A DNA stretch of 64,000 nt, taken from Chrysemys picta bellii (taxonomy: Eukaryota). Below, piece by piece: positions 36,182 to 49,470 of this stretch. The stretch lies in contig NC_088814.1 of NCBI RefSeq assembly GCF_011386835.1, positions 11,346,001 through 11,410,000 on the forward strand, written 5' to 3'. Position 1 is the first letter of the stretch; the number at the start of each line of letters is the position of its first letter. The translations under genes and the position numbers were made by a program. The notes beneath the pieces were generated by a model that did no database searches, had not been told where the DNA came from, and saw nothing but the letters and a program-made list of their open reading frames with translations.

Positions 36182-36838
36182 GTCATAGATTCACAGAGTT
36201 TAAGACCAGAAGGGATCATCAGATCAGCTGGTCTGTCCTCCTATATATCCCGGGCCAGAGAATTTCACCCAGTTACCCCTGTCTTGAGCCCTTTGACCAA
36301 AGCACAGCTTGTGTTTTGGCTATAGCATATCATCCAAAAAGGCATCCACTTTGGCTCTGCTAAGGTGACCAGACAGCAAGTGTGAAAAATCGGGATCGGG
36401 GTGAGAGGTAATAGGAGCCTATATAAGAAAAAGACCCAAAAATCAGGACTATACAGTCAGGACATCTGGTCACCCTAGGCTCTGGAGACATCGAGAGATG
36501 GAGGAACTACCACTTCCGTTGGCAGTTTGTGCCAATAGTTAATCACCCTCTCACTGGTAAAAAATAGGTGCTGTATTTCCAGTTTGGAATTTGTCAGGTT
36601 TCAGTTTCCAACCATTGATTCTTGTGATGCTTTTTTCTTCTCGATTCAAGAGCCCTTAAGTACCTAGTTTTTATCTCCCCAGGAAGGTATTCAGACACTG
36701 CCATCAAGTCACCTCTCAATCTTCTTTTTGATAAGTAAAACGGATTGAGCTCTTTAATCCTCTCCTCGTCAGACGTTTTCTCCCGATCTCGAATCATTTG
36801 TGTGACTCTTTTCTGAGCCCTTTCTAATTTTCAACATC
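36182..36838 (-). mobile_element. CR1 3' region interrupted by a hAT MITE (36361-36477)
   Basis: Minus ORF ..EERIKELNPFYLSKRRLRGD; MITE TSD GGCTCTGC / GGCTCTGG. Confidence 0.85.
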
Positions 36839-38949
36839 TCGTCTCTTATATTTAGATTGTCACGGACCGTCGTTTTCTTAGGTGTGCGTACAGCAGCTAG
36901 CACACTGGGAACCTCGATCCCTGATTAGCCCCTCTGGATGCTACGGCTAGACAAATAATAATTGTTCTAGTACAGCTGCTGGGGAATTAAGGTCAGTGAT
37001 GACTCAGCAAGAACGCAGCAGGGAGAAGCAGGGTGTCTTACTGGACCACGTCCTGGTGTGAGACTCGGGGGACCTAGATTCTAGAACCAGCTTTGCTGCT
37101 GGGTGATGTGCAAGTCACTTCCTCCTGCTTTGTGTCTCAGTTTCCTGATCTAGAAAAATAGGATAATCGGACTGGCGTCCTTTGCACAGCACTTCAAGAG
37201 CTACTGATGTGAAGCTCTACATAAAAGCTAAGTATTGTTGAATTACCAACACCCCTCGCTGTATTACCCTGAAGACAGAGTCCGAGCTTTTTTTAGCTTG
37301 CAAGATCTGACAAAACAAAATCATCATTCAAGATTCTACGTCCATAGGTGAAGCTAAAACATTCCCCTCTCCCCCTTTTCCTTTCAAGGAGTCTGGTCTT
37401 GGCCAAACAACACATGACTTAAGGACAGAACAGATCACACGGAGCATGCTGTTGGTGGCATGTGGCAATGAAGCACCTGTCAGCTTACCCGTGGGGATGT
37501 CACAAGATGACAAAGTGTCAAATTGGATGCAAATTTGCAAATTACAACTTTATGAGTAGCTGAGCAGTACTTGCCTGCTTTGACAAGTGAGGGAGCATCT
37601 GATGTTACACTGCAGGTCATTTGTTAAGGAAGGTGGGTTTTTCCTTACATTTCAGATCTTTGATTCATTAATTCTGCCTGCTTGAAGTACAGACAACAGC
37701 AAGTGTTGCATATTAAACAGGCAAATAGGAGCTGCTTTAGGAGTGGCCTCTCTGGAAAGGTTAATGTTATGAATGCATCTTAAATCTCTAAGATTTAATC
37801 AAATGCCATGGAAATAGAAATGTTATGAGTATTGAAATCCAGAGGACAAAAATCATGGCTCATTGCTCTTGCCACCAAAGTGAATACAAGCTGTAAACTC
37901 ACCTGGAGATATATTCCTTGAAACATGGACTGCAGCAGTGAACAATGAATCGGACACACAGGTAGATTTTCCCCATTCTAAGACAGTCTATTGCAGCCAT
38001 TAAATGTAGATCACAGCCCCTGGTTCTCGGCCATATGCGTTTGCACCCTCACCTCCACCCCGATGATAAGATGCCTTGTATGCCTGCTTTCCATTCAGCT
38101 ATGCACTTGGGGACCTGCAGCGGAACTTGGGCTGGTTACGTGACCATGAAACTGGAGCTGAGACCAGTTCAGGTTCCATCAAAGGTGAAGAATCTGCACC
38201 GCTAACTGGGAGGTGGCAGGCATGGACTAATGTCTTATTCCAATTGATCTGGTGCAATTGCCCACAAAGGCATAACCCTTTGTCCCAACAAAGTAATTCA
38301 AACCTGGACAAATGATGGGAAAACCCCTGAAGTCTGAAGTCCTTGCTGAGTTTCACTTGCTTCTGACTCGAGCAAAACTCACACTGAAGTTAAAGGGTAT
38401 GTCTCCACTGCATCCACACAAGTATGAACCAGGTTTCCGGCCCACTACCCATGCTTCACTACTACTGTTACTGAAGCTAGCTTTGATCCAAGCTAGCTCA
38501 GGTTTGCCTATACATGCTGCACATCACACTTCCCAGTTGCAGTGGAGACTTACTCAAAAGAGTGCATAAGGATGAAGCAAAAACTCAGTCAAGATTTCAG
38601 CACCATTTTTGAGACACATGCTTAAGGGGAGCTCTCCCTATGTCTCTTCTTGAGTGCCTACAATTGCCTCTTAATCAGGCTTGGATGAGTATCGCACTGT
38701 GAGCTGACGAAGTCAACATTAACCTGGATTTCCCAAACAATAAATTATAAACATTCCTTGCGAATATAATTAAACGCGCTGAGGAAGATTCTGGAACAGA
38801 TCTGTCCTACACCTTGTGTTGTCATTTACAACACTGCAAAGAACTGGGCAGTCAAGATGACTATGGTGTCTTCTGATGTGGTGGTAATTTATTCCTGCTC
38901 TGCCCTGGGTTAAACAACACTATTTTGATTAAAAACTAGAACAAAATAA

Positions 38950-40130
38950 AATTAACATGGCACACATTAAATGGATTAAAAACTGGCTAACTGATAGATC
39001 TCACAATGCAACTGTAAACAGGGGATTGCCATTGAAGGGTGTGTTTCTAGTGGGGTCCTGCAGGGATCGGTTCTTGGCCCTACGCTATTTAACATTTTTA
39101 TCAATTACTTGGAAGAAAACAAAGTCATTTCTGACACAATGTGCAGATGACACAAAAATTGGGGGAGTGGTAAATAAGGAAGAGGACAGGTCACTGATAC
39201 AGAGCGATCCAGGTCACTTGGTAGGCTGGGCGCAAACAAACAATAGGCGTTTTAGTCTGGCTAAATGTAAATGTAAATGTACACATCTAGGAACAAAGAA
39301 TGTCACCCAAACTTACAAGATGGGGACTCTATCCTGGTACTCTGAAAAAGATTTGGGGGAGGTGGAGATAATCAGCTGAACATGAACTTCCAATGCAATG
39401 CTATGGGCAAAAGGCCAATACAATCCTTAGATGCATAAAGGGAAACTCAAGTAGGAGTAGAGGTTATTTTACCTGTGTGTTTAGCACTGGTGTGACCATT
39501 GCTGGAATATTGTGTCCAGTTCTGGTGTCCACAATTAAGAAGGATGCTGATAAGTTGGTGAGGGTTCAGAGAAGAGCCATGAGAATGATTAAAGAATTGG
39601 ATAACATGTTTTAAAGTGATAGACTCGAGGAGCTCAATCTATTTAGCTTAACAAAGACATGGTTAAGGGGTGACTTGATCACAATCTGTAGTTATCTACA
39701 TGTAGGATTGACCAGACAGCAAGTGTGAAAAATTGGGACAGGGAGTGGGGGTTAATAGGTGCCTATATAAGACAAAGCCCCAAATACTGGGACTGTCCCT
39801 ATAAAAGATCATCCTATCTACATGGGGAATAAAGATTTGATAATGAGCTTTTCTGTCTAGCAGACAAAGGCATAACAAGATCCAGTGGCTGGAAGCTGAA
39901 ATAGACAACTTGAGACCAGAACTAAGGCATACGTTTCTAACCGCGAGGGTAACTAACCATTGAAACAATTTATTTGTGATGGATTTTCCACCACTGGCAA
40001 TGTTTAAATCAAGATTGGATTTTTTTCTCAAAGATACGCTCTGATTCAAACAGGAATAAATTCAGGGAAGTTTTATGGCTTGTGTTATACCTTTACGTCA
40101 GACGACATGATCACAGTGGTCCTTTCTGGC
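38950..40130 (+). mobile_element. Older CR1 LINE remnant (RT to 3' UTR) with hAT MITE at 39703-39816
   Basis: WIKNWLTDRS..CADDTKIGGVVN..DADKLVRVQRRAMRMIK; MITE has exact TSD TCTACATG. Confidence 0.88.
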
Positions 40131-42591
40131 CTTAGAAACGATGAAGGTGCCGGACAATGGTGAACTGGACCTTCTGTCCTCAGGTTCGAGCCCCAGTGGG
40201 AGGGACTTGCTTACACCCAAGAGTAGAGATTAACCCTATATGTCTACTGATGAAAGAGGTGGTTCCGCACAGGCACTTGATGGCAGCAACATTTTAAAAG
40301 CAGCAAATAGTGACTGACCATTGTGAAAGCATTTCTGGAGCTATGAGAAACACAGAAACGTGGTACTTGTTCCAGCAGGCCAGAGCAATGGTTAATCACA
40401 GTAGAGCTGGTCAGGAATTTTTCAGCAACGTTTTTTTTTTCCGGTGAAAGTTACCAGTGTATTAAAACCAAAACTGTTCATCAGTTTTGACTGATTTCCT
40501 GACTCAAAAACCTGTTGAGAGATAAAGTTCAGAAATTACCGAACCATCCCAATTGGATATTTTCCAAAGGAAACTCTGGGAGATTTTGATTTCAAGTGAT
40601 TTTTTTGTTTCAAAATGTAAGTTCTACTAAAAAGGTTAAAGAAAAACAGTCAACACTGAAAACAGACGTTTCAAAAATATCAGAACAAAAATCTTTTGAT
40701 GGACCCGAACCAATTTTTTTTGGTTTGTCAGTTGGTGAAAATTTTCAAGATTCGTTTTCTGTCTTGATTTTGGACAGGAAACATTTGTGGCATCTCAAAA
40801 CTTCTCGTGGGGCCAGAAAAGAGTTTCCTGCCCAGCCCTAGTCAGGAGTCAAGAAGCCTAGAAAAGATACCTCTAAAGAAAGCAGGAAAAAACACAAGGT
40901 CCCTGCACAATTCTACCACATGGGAGAAATTCCTTCCTGATCCCAACTGGTGACCTCACTATGCTCAGAAGCATGCAGATTGATAGCCTTAGTTATTTTC
41001 TGTCCTAGCTAATCTCACTGTATAGGCCATTCTCGTTCATACAGATGTCTAATCCTTTTCTGAATCACATTAGGCAAACATCCAGCAGTTTGCCTAGCTC
41101 TGGCAACAATGTTTTTTATGGGTTTCTACCTTTGCAGCTTTTTGGCTGTAAGAAATGGAAACACATCAACAACTCAGGCTGCGGTGAAGCCGCATAGCAA
41201 AGTTCCTTGGCTGGCATTATGTTAGAACACCAAGCTTTGGAAGATGACAAAAACTGGTGGGTATGTCAGCCGTGAGTTTTAGGGGAGATGAGTCAATGCT
41301 GACTTACTGTTTTTATCTCCTAATAGTTTGCACTGCATTATTCTATAATTATTCTATAATTACTCAGTGAATCATGCTGACAGTTTGCATGTTTGCTGCT
41401 TCCATGAGTTATTCCACTGTCTTTCTTTGAAAGCGTCATTATTCTTGAGGTGGCCTGCCAAGATGCCACCCCGGTGGACAGTTGTGTGCAGCAGACCAGC
41501 TGCCAGTCCACTTTAGGAGGAAAGCGGACACGCTATTTGCTTCTTTTTGGAAACAGTTTCCCATCTCTGTAAATAATTTCTTGCTAATTACACTCCCACT
41601 GGCTGGTATTTATTATACAGCTTGTGAACAACCGAACAGCGAATAAATCCTCATTTTAATAAAAGTCAAGAAAACAGTTCATTCAGACACAGTGCACTCA
41701 ATTAAACAAGTCTTTACCACTCTGCCTCCAAGACCCTCGATTCCATCTCCCGCTGAGCTCCCTTTGTCATTGTCATTCTTTGAGGCGTTCACATTTTTAT
41801 TGTGACAAGCATGATGCATCCTTTGCCTGCCAGACTTGAAGCGCACTGCACTAGGCAGTCATTGAGTCATGTAATGGCTTGGCAGAGGCTGGAATTAGGG
41901 GCTGCTCGTTTGTGCCAGCATAAACGTAAGGGGTGTCAACACACCATGGGCCCCTCGTGGGAACATCTGCATACAGGCCTGTCCTTCCCATAACCCCCAT
42001 GGCACTGCTGAGATGCATCCCATCTCCAGGAGCAGAGCAACTGAAGGGGAGCAAACAGTTTTTGAAAGAACCTCTTTCCATTCCATTCTAGCAGATACAT
42101 TTTGCACTCAAAGGCCCAATTGGGGTTCTGTAGGGAACCATGTGATCAGTCACTCCGGAAAGAGCCAGTTGAAGGCAAGGTGGGGTGGGTTGCACCGGCG
42201 GGAGAAGCCTGGTTTTCCTTTCTTTTTAGTTGCTTGTGTGTTATTGTTCTGAATTCCAAGCAATGAAGTAGTATCACGCTGCATCCTTCCAGCAAGAGTA
42301 TTTATGTTTTTAATCTAAGTTCTCTGTGTGTAGGCGGTGAACATACCATTCGGGCAAGCCAAGTGTCACGGGGTGCTTCTTCGGCTACCCCATGAGCAGC
42401 ATTGCCAAGTCTAGTCTCAGGGTCCTACTCACAAACACGCACCCTCTGTTTCTTTTGCACCATGTGTACCTTTAATCCACAGTTTCCAAACATGGCAGGA
42501 TGTAGCACTGGTCTGCAGCAGGAGGACACTGGTCTACATGGACTGCAGCAGTTTAGTACTTCCTGAATCTGATCAGCGCTGGAGGAAGGAT

Positions 42592-43540
42592 CGTAGAATC
42601 ATAGACTATCAGGGTTGGAAGGGACCTCAGGAGATCATCTAGTCCAACCCCCTGCTCAAAGCAGGACCAATTCCCAACTAAATCATCCCAGCCAGGGCTT
42701 TGTCAAGCCTGACCTTAAAAACCTCTAAGGAAGGAGATTCCACCACCTCCCTAGGGAACCCATTCCAGTGCTTCACCACCCTCCTAGTGAAATAGGGTTT
42801 CCTAATATCCAACCTAGACCTCCCTGTAGCGGGGTGGTCACCCGCTCCTGCCCTGAGGGGTATAAAGACAGCCCAGGGAGAGGGCCGTTGCAGGGGGAAG
42901 CAGCTACTAGGCGGATTGGGGAAGCAGCCGCAGCTGGGCCACACCTCAATCAAGCTTCAGCTGGCCCTATATAAGAGGCTGGGAGCCAGGAGCTCAGCAG
43001 ACTCCCTCTAGCTTCTGAGAGGGAGGGACCTGGCTTCAGGGACCTGAGTGGAGCAGGGCTGGGGACAGGCTGAGGAGCTGGGGAGGGTCCAGCTTGGAAA
43101 GCCCCAGGCTGCGGCCTAGCATAAGGCCAAGGAGTACTGGGGGTTGCAGAGGGCAAAGGCAGCAGGTCCAAACCCAACCTTGCCGGTGATGAGTGGCCTA
43201 TACTGCAGTCTGCCCCAGGGAACGGGGGCTAGTTGGTGACTGGCAGTAGCCTACGACTGAAGCGAGGTGGGGATAGTGGGTGGGGGTTCCCTGGGGAGGG
43301 GAAACCCTGAGACTGTGGGGTGTACTGCCAGGGGGCAGCACCCCAGATAATGGGGCACCGGGTCCGGGAGGGACAAGGGGGCCAAGCGGCAGTGGGACAC
43401 CGGCCTGCAGAGGGTACTCCGGAGGCTGGACGAGCTAATTCCTGGAAGAGACCAGCAGGAGGCACCGCAGGGGTGAGTCCCACATTGCTACACTCCCCCA
43501 CTGCAACTTGAGACCATTACTCCTTGTTCTGTCATCTGGT
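42592..43540 (-). mobile_element. CR1 3' end split by a solo LTR
   Basis: CR1 sequence AGACCTCCCCCACTGCAAC (intact at 49410-49430) is broken at 42824/43493. Confidence 0.9.
42825..43492 (+). mobile_element. Solo LTR
   Basis: TGTAGC...GCTACA termini; exact 5-bp TSD CTCCC; TATA-like CTATATAAGA near 42967. Confidence 0.92.
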
Positions 43541-44376
43541 GCTGTAGCCAGCTGGCCTTATGAACTGGGTTCAGAGAAGGGAACTCACCTGGCAAGAGGC
43601 GTTCCCATGCCATGCAAGCCCATGACCTGCTTGATACTACCCAGGAAATTAAATGAAAACAAAACAAAAAAAACCCCACAACATTAATGCAACATGACAG
43701 GTCAAATTGGGGCATAGTCTCTGAACCACCCAGAGGCATGTGAGCCTTTGGTGTGGCCACTACATCCTCTACAGCTGACAGAGAGGGGAAAGCAGGGGCT
43801 GCATGCCAGGTACTTCCCTCCCCACATGGGCAGGGTGCCTCCTCAGCTTAACCCACTCCCAAAGCACGGCTGTGGTGAGCCAGTTCCGGGGCAGTAACCT
43901 GCTCTTGGTCACAGCCAGTGTCAGATAGCTACCGGAGCAGCAGGGAAGGAGATGGGCCTCTCTCTGTTATAATCCATTCCCTGCTCTTCTCCTGGGGATG
44001 GTGCAGCAGTGTGCATTGGCAAATGGACAATCTAGTCCAGCAGCTGCCAGGTTAGGGTGTCACACAACCTGCGGTTACTCCAGTGGCAACTTGGTCATTA
44101 GGGCCCGGTTCACCAGCGTTAAGCCTGCAGGGACTCAGCTGCGTGTCAGACCTGTGGCTACATAGATCGCTCTTTCCCTTGTTGAATGCCAACCCTGGTG
44201 TTTTACTCTGGGTAATTGACGCCTGTCCATCAAACAAATGGGACACGCAGGAGGGCTGACGTAGCGAGGCAGGAGCAACCTTCGTTTTGTTGAAATGTCC
44301 CGACTTGATCTCACAACCCGACTGTGGGTCACACAAACTTTTAGCTCTTGGCCATGGTGTTGGTCCTTGGCCATTA

Positions 44377-44554
44377 GAGAGACAAGGTGGGTGAGGACGT
44401 ATCTTTTACTGGACCAACTTCTGTCGGTGAGAGAGACAAGCTTTCGAGATGCACAGGAGACCTTAAGAAGAACTCTGTGTGGCTCGAAAGCTTGTCTCTC
44501 TCACCAAAAGAAGTTGGTCCAATAAAAGATATTAACTCGCCAAATCTGTCTCTC
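44377..44554. mobile_element. Foldback (palindromic) Penelope-like terminal element with decayed hammerhead motif (44457-44498)
   Basis: Arms GGACCAACTTCTGTCGGTGAGAGAGACAAGCTTTCGAG / CTCGAAAGCTTGTCTCTCTCACCAAAAGAAGTTGGTCC. Confidence 0.75.
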
Positions 44555-45840
44555 ACAAGAATTCTGCAGTATTTACAATATGCCAAATCTAACGGTACAT
44601 GCCCAGCAGCAACTGTGACTGTGATGTAGGCAAACACTACTAGCTTCAGGAGAAAACAAGTTGCTGTGGATTTGACACAATGCATAAGGCAAATACCATA
44701 TGAAATTGTATTGCCTGTAATGCCTTCCTAAATTACAGGATTGTCTGAGCCTGTAGCCAGGTTTATACAGGGTTTCATTGGTTGAAAAGTCAACACAGTG
44801 TGAGAAATGATCCAATTTCGACCAAGGCAAAAAAAACGCCCAGTCCCGGGAGATTTCCCCATTTCACTTTCCAGAAATGCAATGGTTTCCATTTCCCATT
44901 CTGGATTCGGAAGCACAAATCCAGCCAATGCCGTTCATGCGTCTCGGCTGCGGTTTCCTCGTTGAACACAGCATGCTCGCCAGTATAATGTGGTTACATA
45001 AAAGCTCGCATTTGAGGAGATTTACATCTATTTATTTAAAAATGTTTAAAGTAGGAAATTCCCAGGGAGGTAATTATTATTTATGAGTGTATGCAGCACC
45101 CTCCGCATGTACCAAGGGGCTGTAACCAAATACACAGAAAACATTGTGCAAACAAGAGCTTGACAGAGATTCCAGAAGAAATGGAAGTCTTCGGTTAAGA
45201 TCCAGTTCATTGCCAGCATGAGCTCCTGGGGCAAAGCAAAAACGTGCTCCTGAAAACACTAGGAACATCGCGTCACATTGATAGCTAAATGCAATCCCGA
45301 GAACGGTCCTTCACCTGGGCTGCGTGGAATAAATAGAAAATGGTACAGCTGAGGAGGGAGGCGACTGGTCCTACCATTCGATTTCTTCCCTCCACCGAGC
45401 ATCACTGGAGAACAGCAGCTTGATCCACTTCAAAGGAAGTGAGCTGCCCTTGTATTAGAGATTTCACTGCGTTCTTCTCAGGAACAGCTCCAGGACTGGA
45501 AGGGATGGACCTGGGATCGGGCTGTCAGACTTGTGGCTTTATAATATGTGGAAGAATTAGGGGCCCAACTAGATCCACTAGATCTTTGGGGTAAGCCCTG
45601 GAGAGCCAAAGGGCCATCCGCGTGGAAGCTCTATAGCTTGACGCTGGCTCTGGGGTCCATCTCCCTCCAGCATCTTTGCAAGATGGCTCCAATGGCAGTC
45701 TGTATCCACTTGCCTCCCCCGCCACCCCGCCCAGCCAGAGCAAGGTTGCAATAGCATGAGGTGCCCACCATCCTCACATGACTGAGGGTCCAGAGCTGTC
45801 CAGTGCTCCCCAGCTACAAACCCAATTCTCTAATCTCCCG

Positions 45841-46256
45841 TGTCAGGATCCCAGCAAGGGCAGTCAGGACCCAGGGGCAGAGCAGGGTCAAACCTGAGAC
45901 TGGGAGTAGCAGAGGAATTCGTGGTCAGGTTCCAGGCTGGGGTCGATACCAGAGTCTGAGGCAGGTTTCAGGACCCAGGTCAGGAGGCAAAGTCCAAATC
46001 AAAGCAAGGTCAAAGCCAGGAGTTCAGGAGCAGGAATGGTTGTTGCAGCAGCTAGAGGAGAATGGCACAGTTGCCTGGACACATCCTCATAGGCCTCTGG
46101 GATTTATATAGTGCAGGGAGCCAATCAGGAGCCATGAGGCTGCTGCTCATCAAACCCTTTGAGGTGGAACTTCCCCAGCAGAGCGTGGGCAGTGGTTACA
46201 GCTGTTGCTGGCTGGCAGCTCTGTAGGCCTGGGTTTTAGACCTGTGGGGCTTTACA
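45841..46256 (+). mobile_element. LTR-like repeat (TGTCAGG...TTTACA); related piece on the minus strand near 7630-7990
   Basis: TG..CA ends, TTTATATAG and CCAAT motifs; no clean TSD. Confidence 0.45.
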
Positions 46257-47104
46257 ACCCCAGGGAATTGGTGCAAACACCACTGCTGCCCTTCCCTGGG
46301 GGTCAGCCCTTGCCAGGCGGCAGGCTCCCCGGCTAGTGCAAGGAGCCCGCCTTGTACCCTCTGTGCCAGCAGGGCCACCTCAGAAGCCAGGTGGGCAAAG
46401 TGCTTGGGGAGTCTCAGGGGAGTGAATGCAGAGAAGTAGAAGATACTACGCTGTCATGAGGTGAGTCTATGGACGGGGCGTTCCCCTCTCCACATGCCAA
46501 TGTGAACGTTAGAGCCGTTTCCACACCCGGCTCCGTGCACAGGGCTCCAGGTGTCCCAGCAGGAGTTCTGAATACAGTGCAACAGAAACTCTGGTGCGTT
46601 GCCCTGCTTGTGCCACGTGGAAGGGCAGACTGGCAGCCAGCAGGACTCTTTCCTATCAGGGCACATCCCCGCGGATTAATGATTTGCCAGTAATTTTGAC
46701 TTTGCCGTTGTTTAAAGTTAGAGAAAAAGCCCTAGCGGCAGCATCCCTACAGGCCTTGTAATGCGCCAATGGCATCTCTAGGGGAAAAAGGTACCCTCTC
46801 TGATGGCCAGAAGCACCTTCCCTGAGTACAGAATCCAGGCCAGGAGATCCTGCTTGGTGACACCAGGCATCCCAGGCTGGCAGCCGGAGAGAACCCGCTG
46901 GTCGCTCTGTGTCCAGCAACAAAGGAGGCTTCTCCCTGATTAGCAGAGCTTGTGAAATCTTTGCTGCCCTTCTGCTTGCGACCATCTGAAGACCTGCGAC
47001 ATCTATGACAAACCTGCAGCTGACCCCAGTGGAGGCAGGATCAGGCACAAGAACTGGCCAGGGCTTCCCTGCTTGTAACCTGCAGACCTCGGTGTAGAGC
47101 AGTG

Positions 47105-47375
47105 CATCTACACTGTGAGCTGGAGGTGTAATTCCCAGCTTGAACGGACACGCCTGTGCTAGCTCTGATGGGGCTAGTGTGCTAAAAATCAAGTGTAGCC
47201 GCAGGGGATGGGGCTAGCTGCCCCGCGTACAATCCCACTGAGACACCAGGTACGTATTTAGGGCTGCTAGCCCCTCCCACCATGGACACCATTCAGCTAC
47301 CATGTTAGCTCAATCAGAGGTAGGCTGAGTAGGAACCCTCAAGCTGGAAATTACACCCCCAACGTGAAGTGCAGC
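47105..47375. mobile_element. Harbinger-like MITE remnant
   Basis: GGTGTAATTCCCAGCTTGA and its inverted copy TCAAGCTGGAAATTACACC. Confidence 0.6.
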
Positions 47376-48094
47376 CAGAGAGCGTGTGCAATTAAAAGCC
47401 TGCTCCTGCTCTACTCAAAATCATTGAAAAGACTCCCCTTGACCTCAGGCAGTGGCACCAAGCGAGGGGCCCTTAATGCGCTCCGAATAGAGCAATCACT
47501 GCGGCACTTGCAGAGAAGGGTTCTACTTGTGAGATTGCCAGTGGTGTTGAGTGTCATTTTCTCAGCATTGCATATTGGAAGGAGACAGCAAACTCATTTT
47601 CAATGGCACGGATGGGCATGGACGTGGACACAAACATATATGCCCACGCACGCACAAGAACACACGTGCACGAGTGCCCATGCACGCACGTGTCCCCCCT
47701 CACATGCATCCATCTGCATGCCCACGCCCGTGCACCTCCTTCTCGGTAGCACAGAGGCGAAGTCGTCGGGAGCATAACTCACCCTAAATCGGTAAGGAGT
47801 CGCTCGTGGCTGGCCATGTTCTGCTGAAGTAACGAGCACACAGGGTGCATTTCCCAGAGCGTGGGAGTGGAGCAGTCGTGGGGGAGAGCAGTGCTAATTT
47901 ATGGGGTTTCATTAACTTCGCTCGCGTTCCATTTCTTGTATACTCACAAGCCCGGCATTTTAAAACTCTTCTGTGGAGCAGGGGGATACATAGCATGGGC
48001 CCTTCGGATGGCCTGGCGGCCCCTTTGCCAGATGGACAGATGCCACACCCTTTAGACGAAAGCTAGGAATTTTGGCAAAGGTCTTTTCAATAAG

Positions 48095-48197
48095 AGAGGT
48101 GGGAAGATTTAGTTGAGGATTGGTCCTGCTTTGAGCAGGGGGTTGGACTAGATGATCTCCTGAGGTCCCTTACAACCCTGATATTCTGTGATTCTAT
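48095..48197 (+). mobile_element. CR1 3' tail
   Basis: GGTCCTGCTTTGAGCAGGGGGTTGGACTAGATG...ATTCTGTGATTCTATGA. Confidence 0.9.
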
Positions 48198-48402
48198 GAT
48201 AAGAAGGAAGCCTGCTTCTCATTATGGGCCCCTTTCTCCCTTAAACCAGATTAAACCACCTAGAGGAAAGGCCGTAAATTCCACCATGGAGGGGTGTGAT
48301 TTACCCCCTCCCCATCCCTTACCCCATAGATCTTGGGGAAACCTTGGGACTCACAGGGCATCCGAGCAGATAAGCCTTGCCACCCTGTTAGGAGACCCTA
48401 AC

Positions 48403-48576
48403 CAATGCTGCCCAGAGGATTCAGGGGGCGCGGGGCAAAGCAATTTTGGGGGCCCCTTCCATAAAAAAAAGTTGCAATATTATAGAATACGATATTCTTG
48501 TGGGGGCCCCTGTGGGGCCCGGGCCCTGGGGCAAATTGCCCCACTTGTCCCCCACCCCGCACCCCGGGTGGCCCTG
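48403..48576. mobile_element. hAT-type MITE
   Basis: Ends GGGTGGCCCTG; TSD ACCCTAAC / ACTCTAAC. Confidence 0.8.
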
Positions 48577-49185
48577 ACTCTAACGTTTTGATATATGGAA
48601 CAATCGTCGTGATCTCTCCTCAGATTGCGTCACAGGAATTGTCACATCAAACCCGTCCGCACCGTCTGGGCTCTGCACGCTGCCTTGGGCATCTCCGTCT
48701 CCTGCAGAGCACGGAACACACAGCAACCAAGGAGGGCAGCCCGGTCAGTGCAAGCTTGGACAAGAGACAACGCTTGGGGGGCTCATTTTCAACAGAGCTG
48801 AGCACTCGTGATGCTGCTTCAAGACCATGGGAGCAGCAGGTGTTAAGCACGCCTGAAAATCAGGCCCCATGTACATGGGTCTATACTAGTTATGTGAGAG
48901 AATCCCAAATGACATTGCGACCATGGAGAATTATGACTAAGTGAGTCATGTCCCCCTCTAGTGGCTGGTCCATATAGAGTATAAGACCCAGATCCGTTGA
49001 TGCCCTGGCCCACCGGCCTCCTTTATTGTAAGTAACAGAGGCCTGTGCTCTTGCTGCTAAAGCTCCTAGGTTCAATCTCTGCCAACGACTTATGTTGTCG
49101 GTTGCTACAGTGCAAAGAGTTGACTGGCCCCCTACATGCTTGTTCAGCTATGATCTATAATGATGTGTTGCATTGCAGGAATCAG

Positions 49186-49470
49186 ATCATAGAATCCTAG
49201 AATATCCAGGTTGGAAGGGACCTCAGGAGGTCATCTAGTCCAACCCCCTGCTCAAAGCAGGACCAACCCCAACTAAATCATCCCAGCCAGGGCTTTGCCA
49301 AGCTGGGCCTTAAAAACCTCTAAGGAAGGAGATTCCACCACCTCCCTAGGGAACCCATTCCAGTGCTTCACCGCCCTCCTAGTGAAATAGTGTTTCCTAA
49401 TATCCAACCTAGACCTCCCCCACTGCAACTTGAGACCATTGCTCCTTGTTCTGTCATCCGCCACCACTGA
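49186..49470 (-). mobile_element. CR1 3' end
   Basis: Minus [53 protein letters not shown]. Confidence 0.95.

Noticed and set aside
41138-41260. Plus-strand exon with good acceptor and GTATGT donor as coding
   Set aside because: Stops in all three frames; it could only be non-coding, and there is no further support.
41464-41478. CTCF-like CCACCGGGGTGGCA on the minus strand
   Set aside because: One base too long; fails the core consensus.
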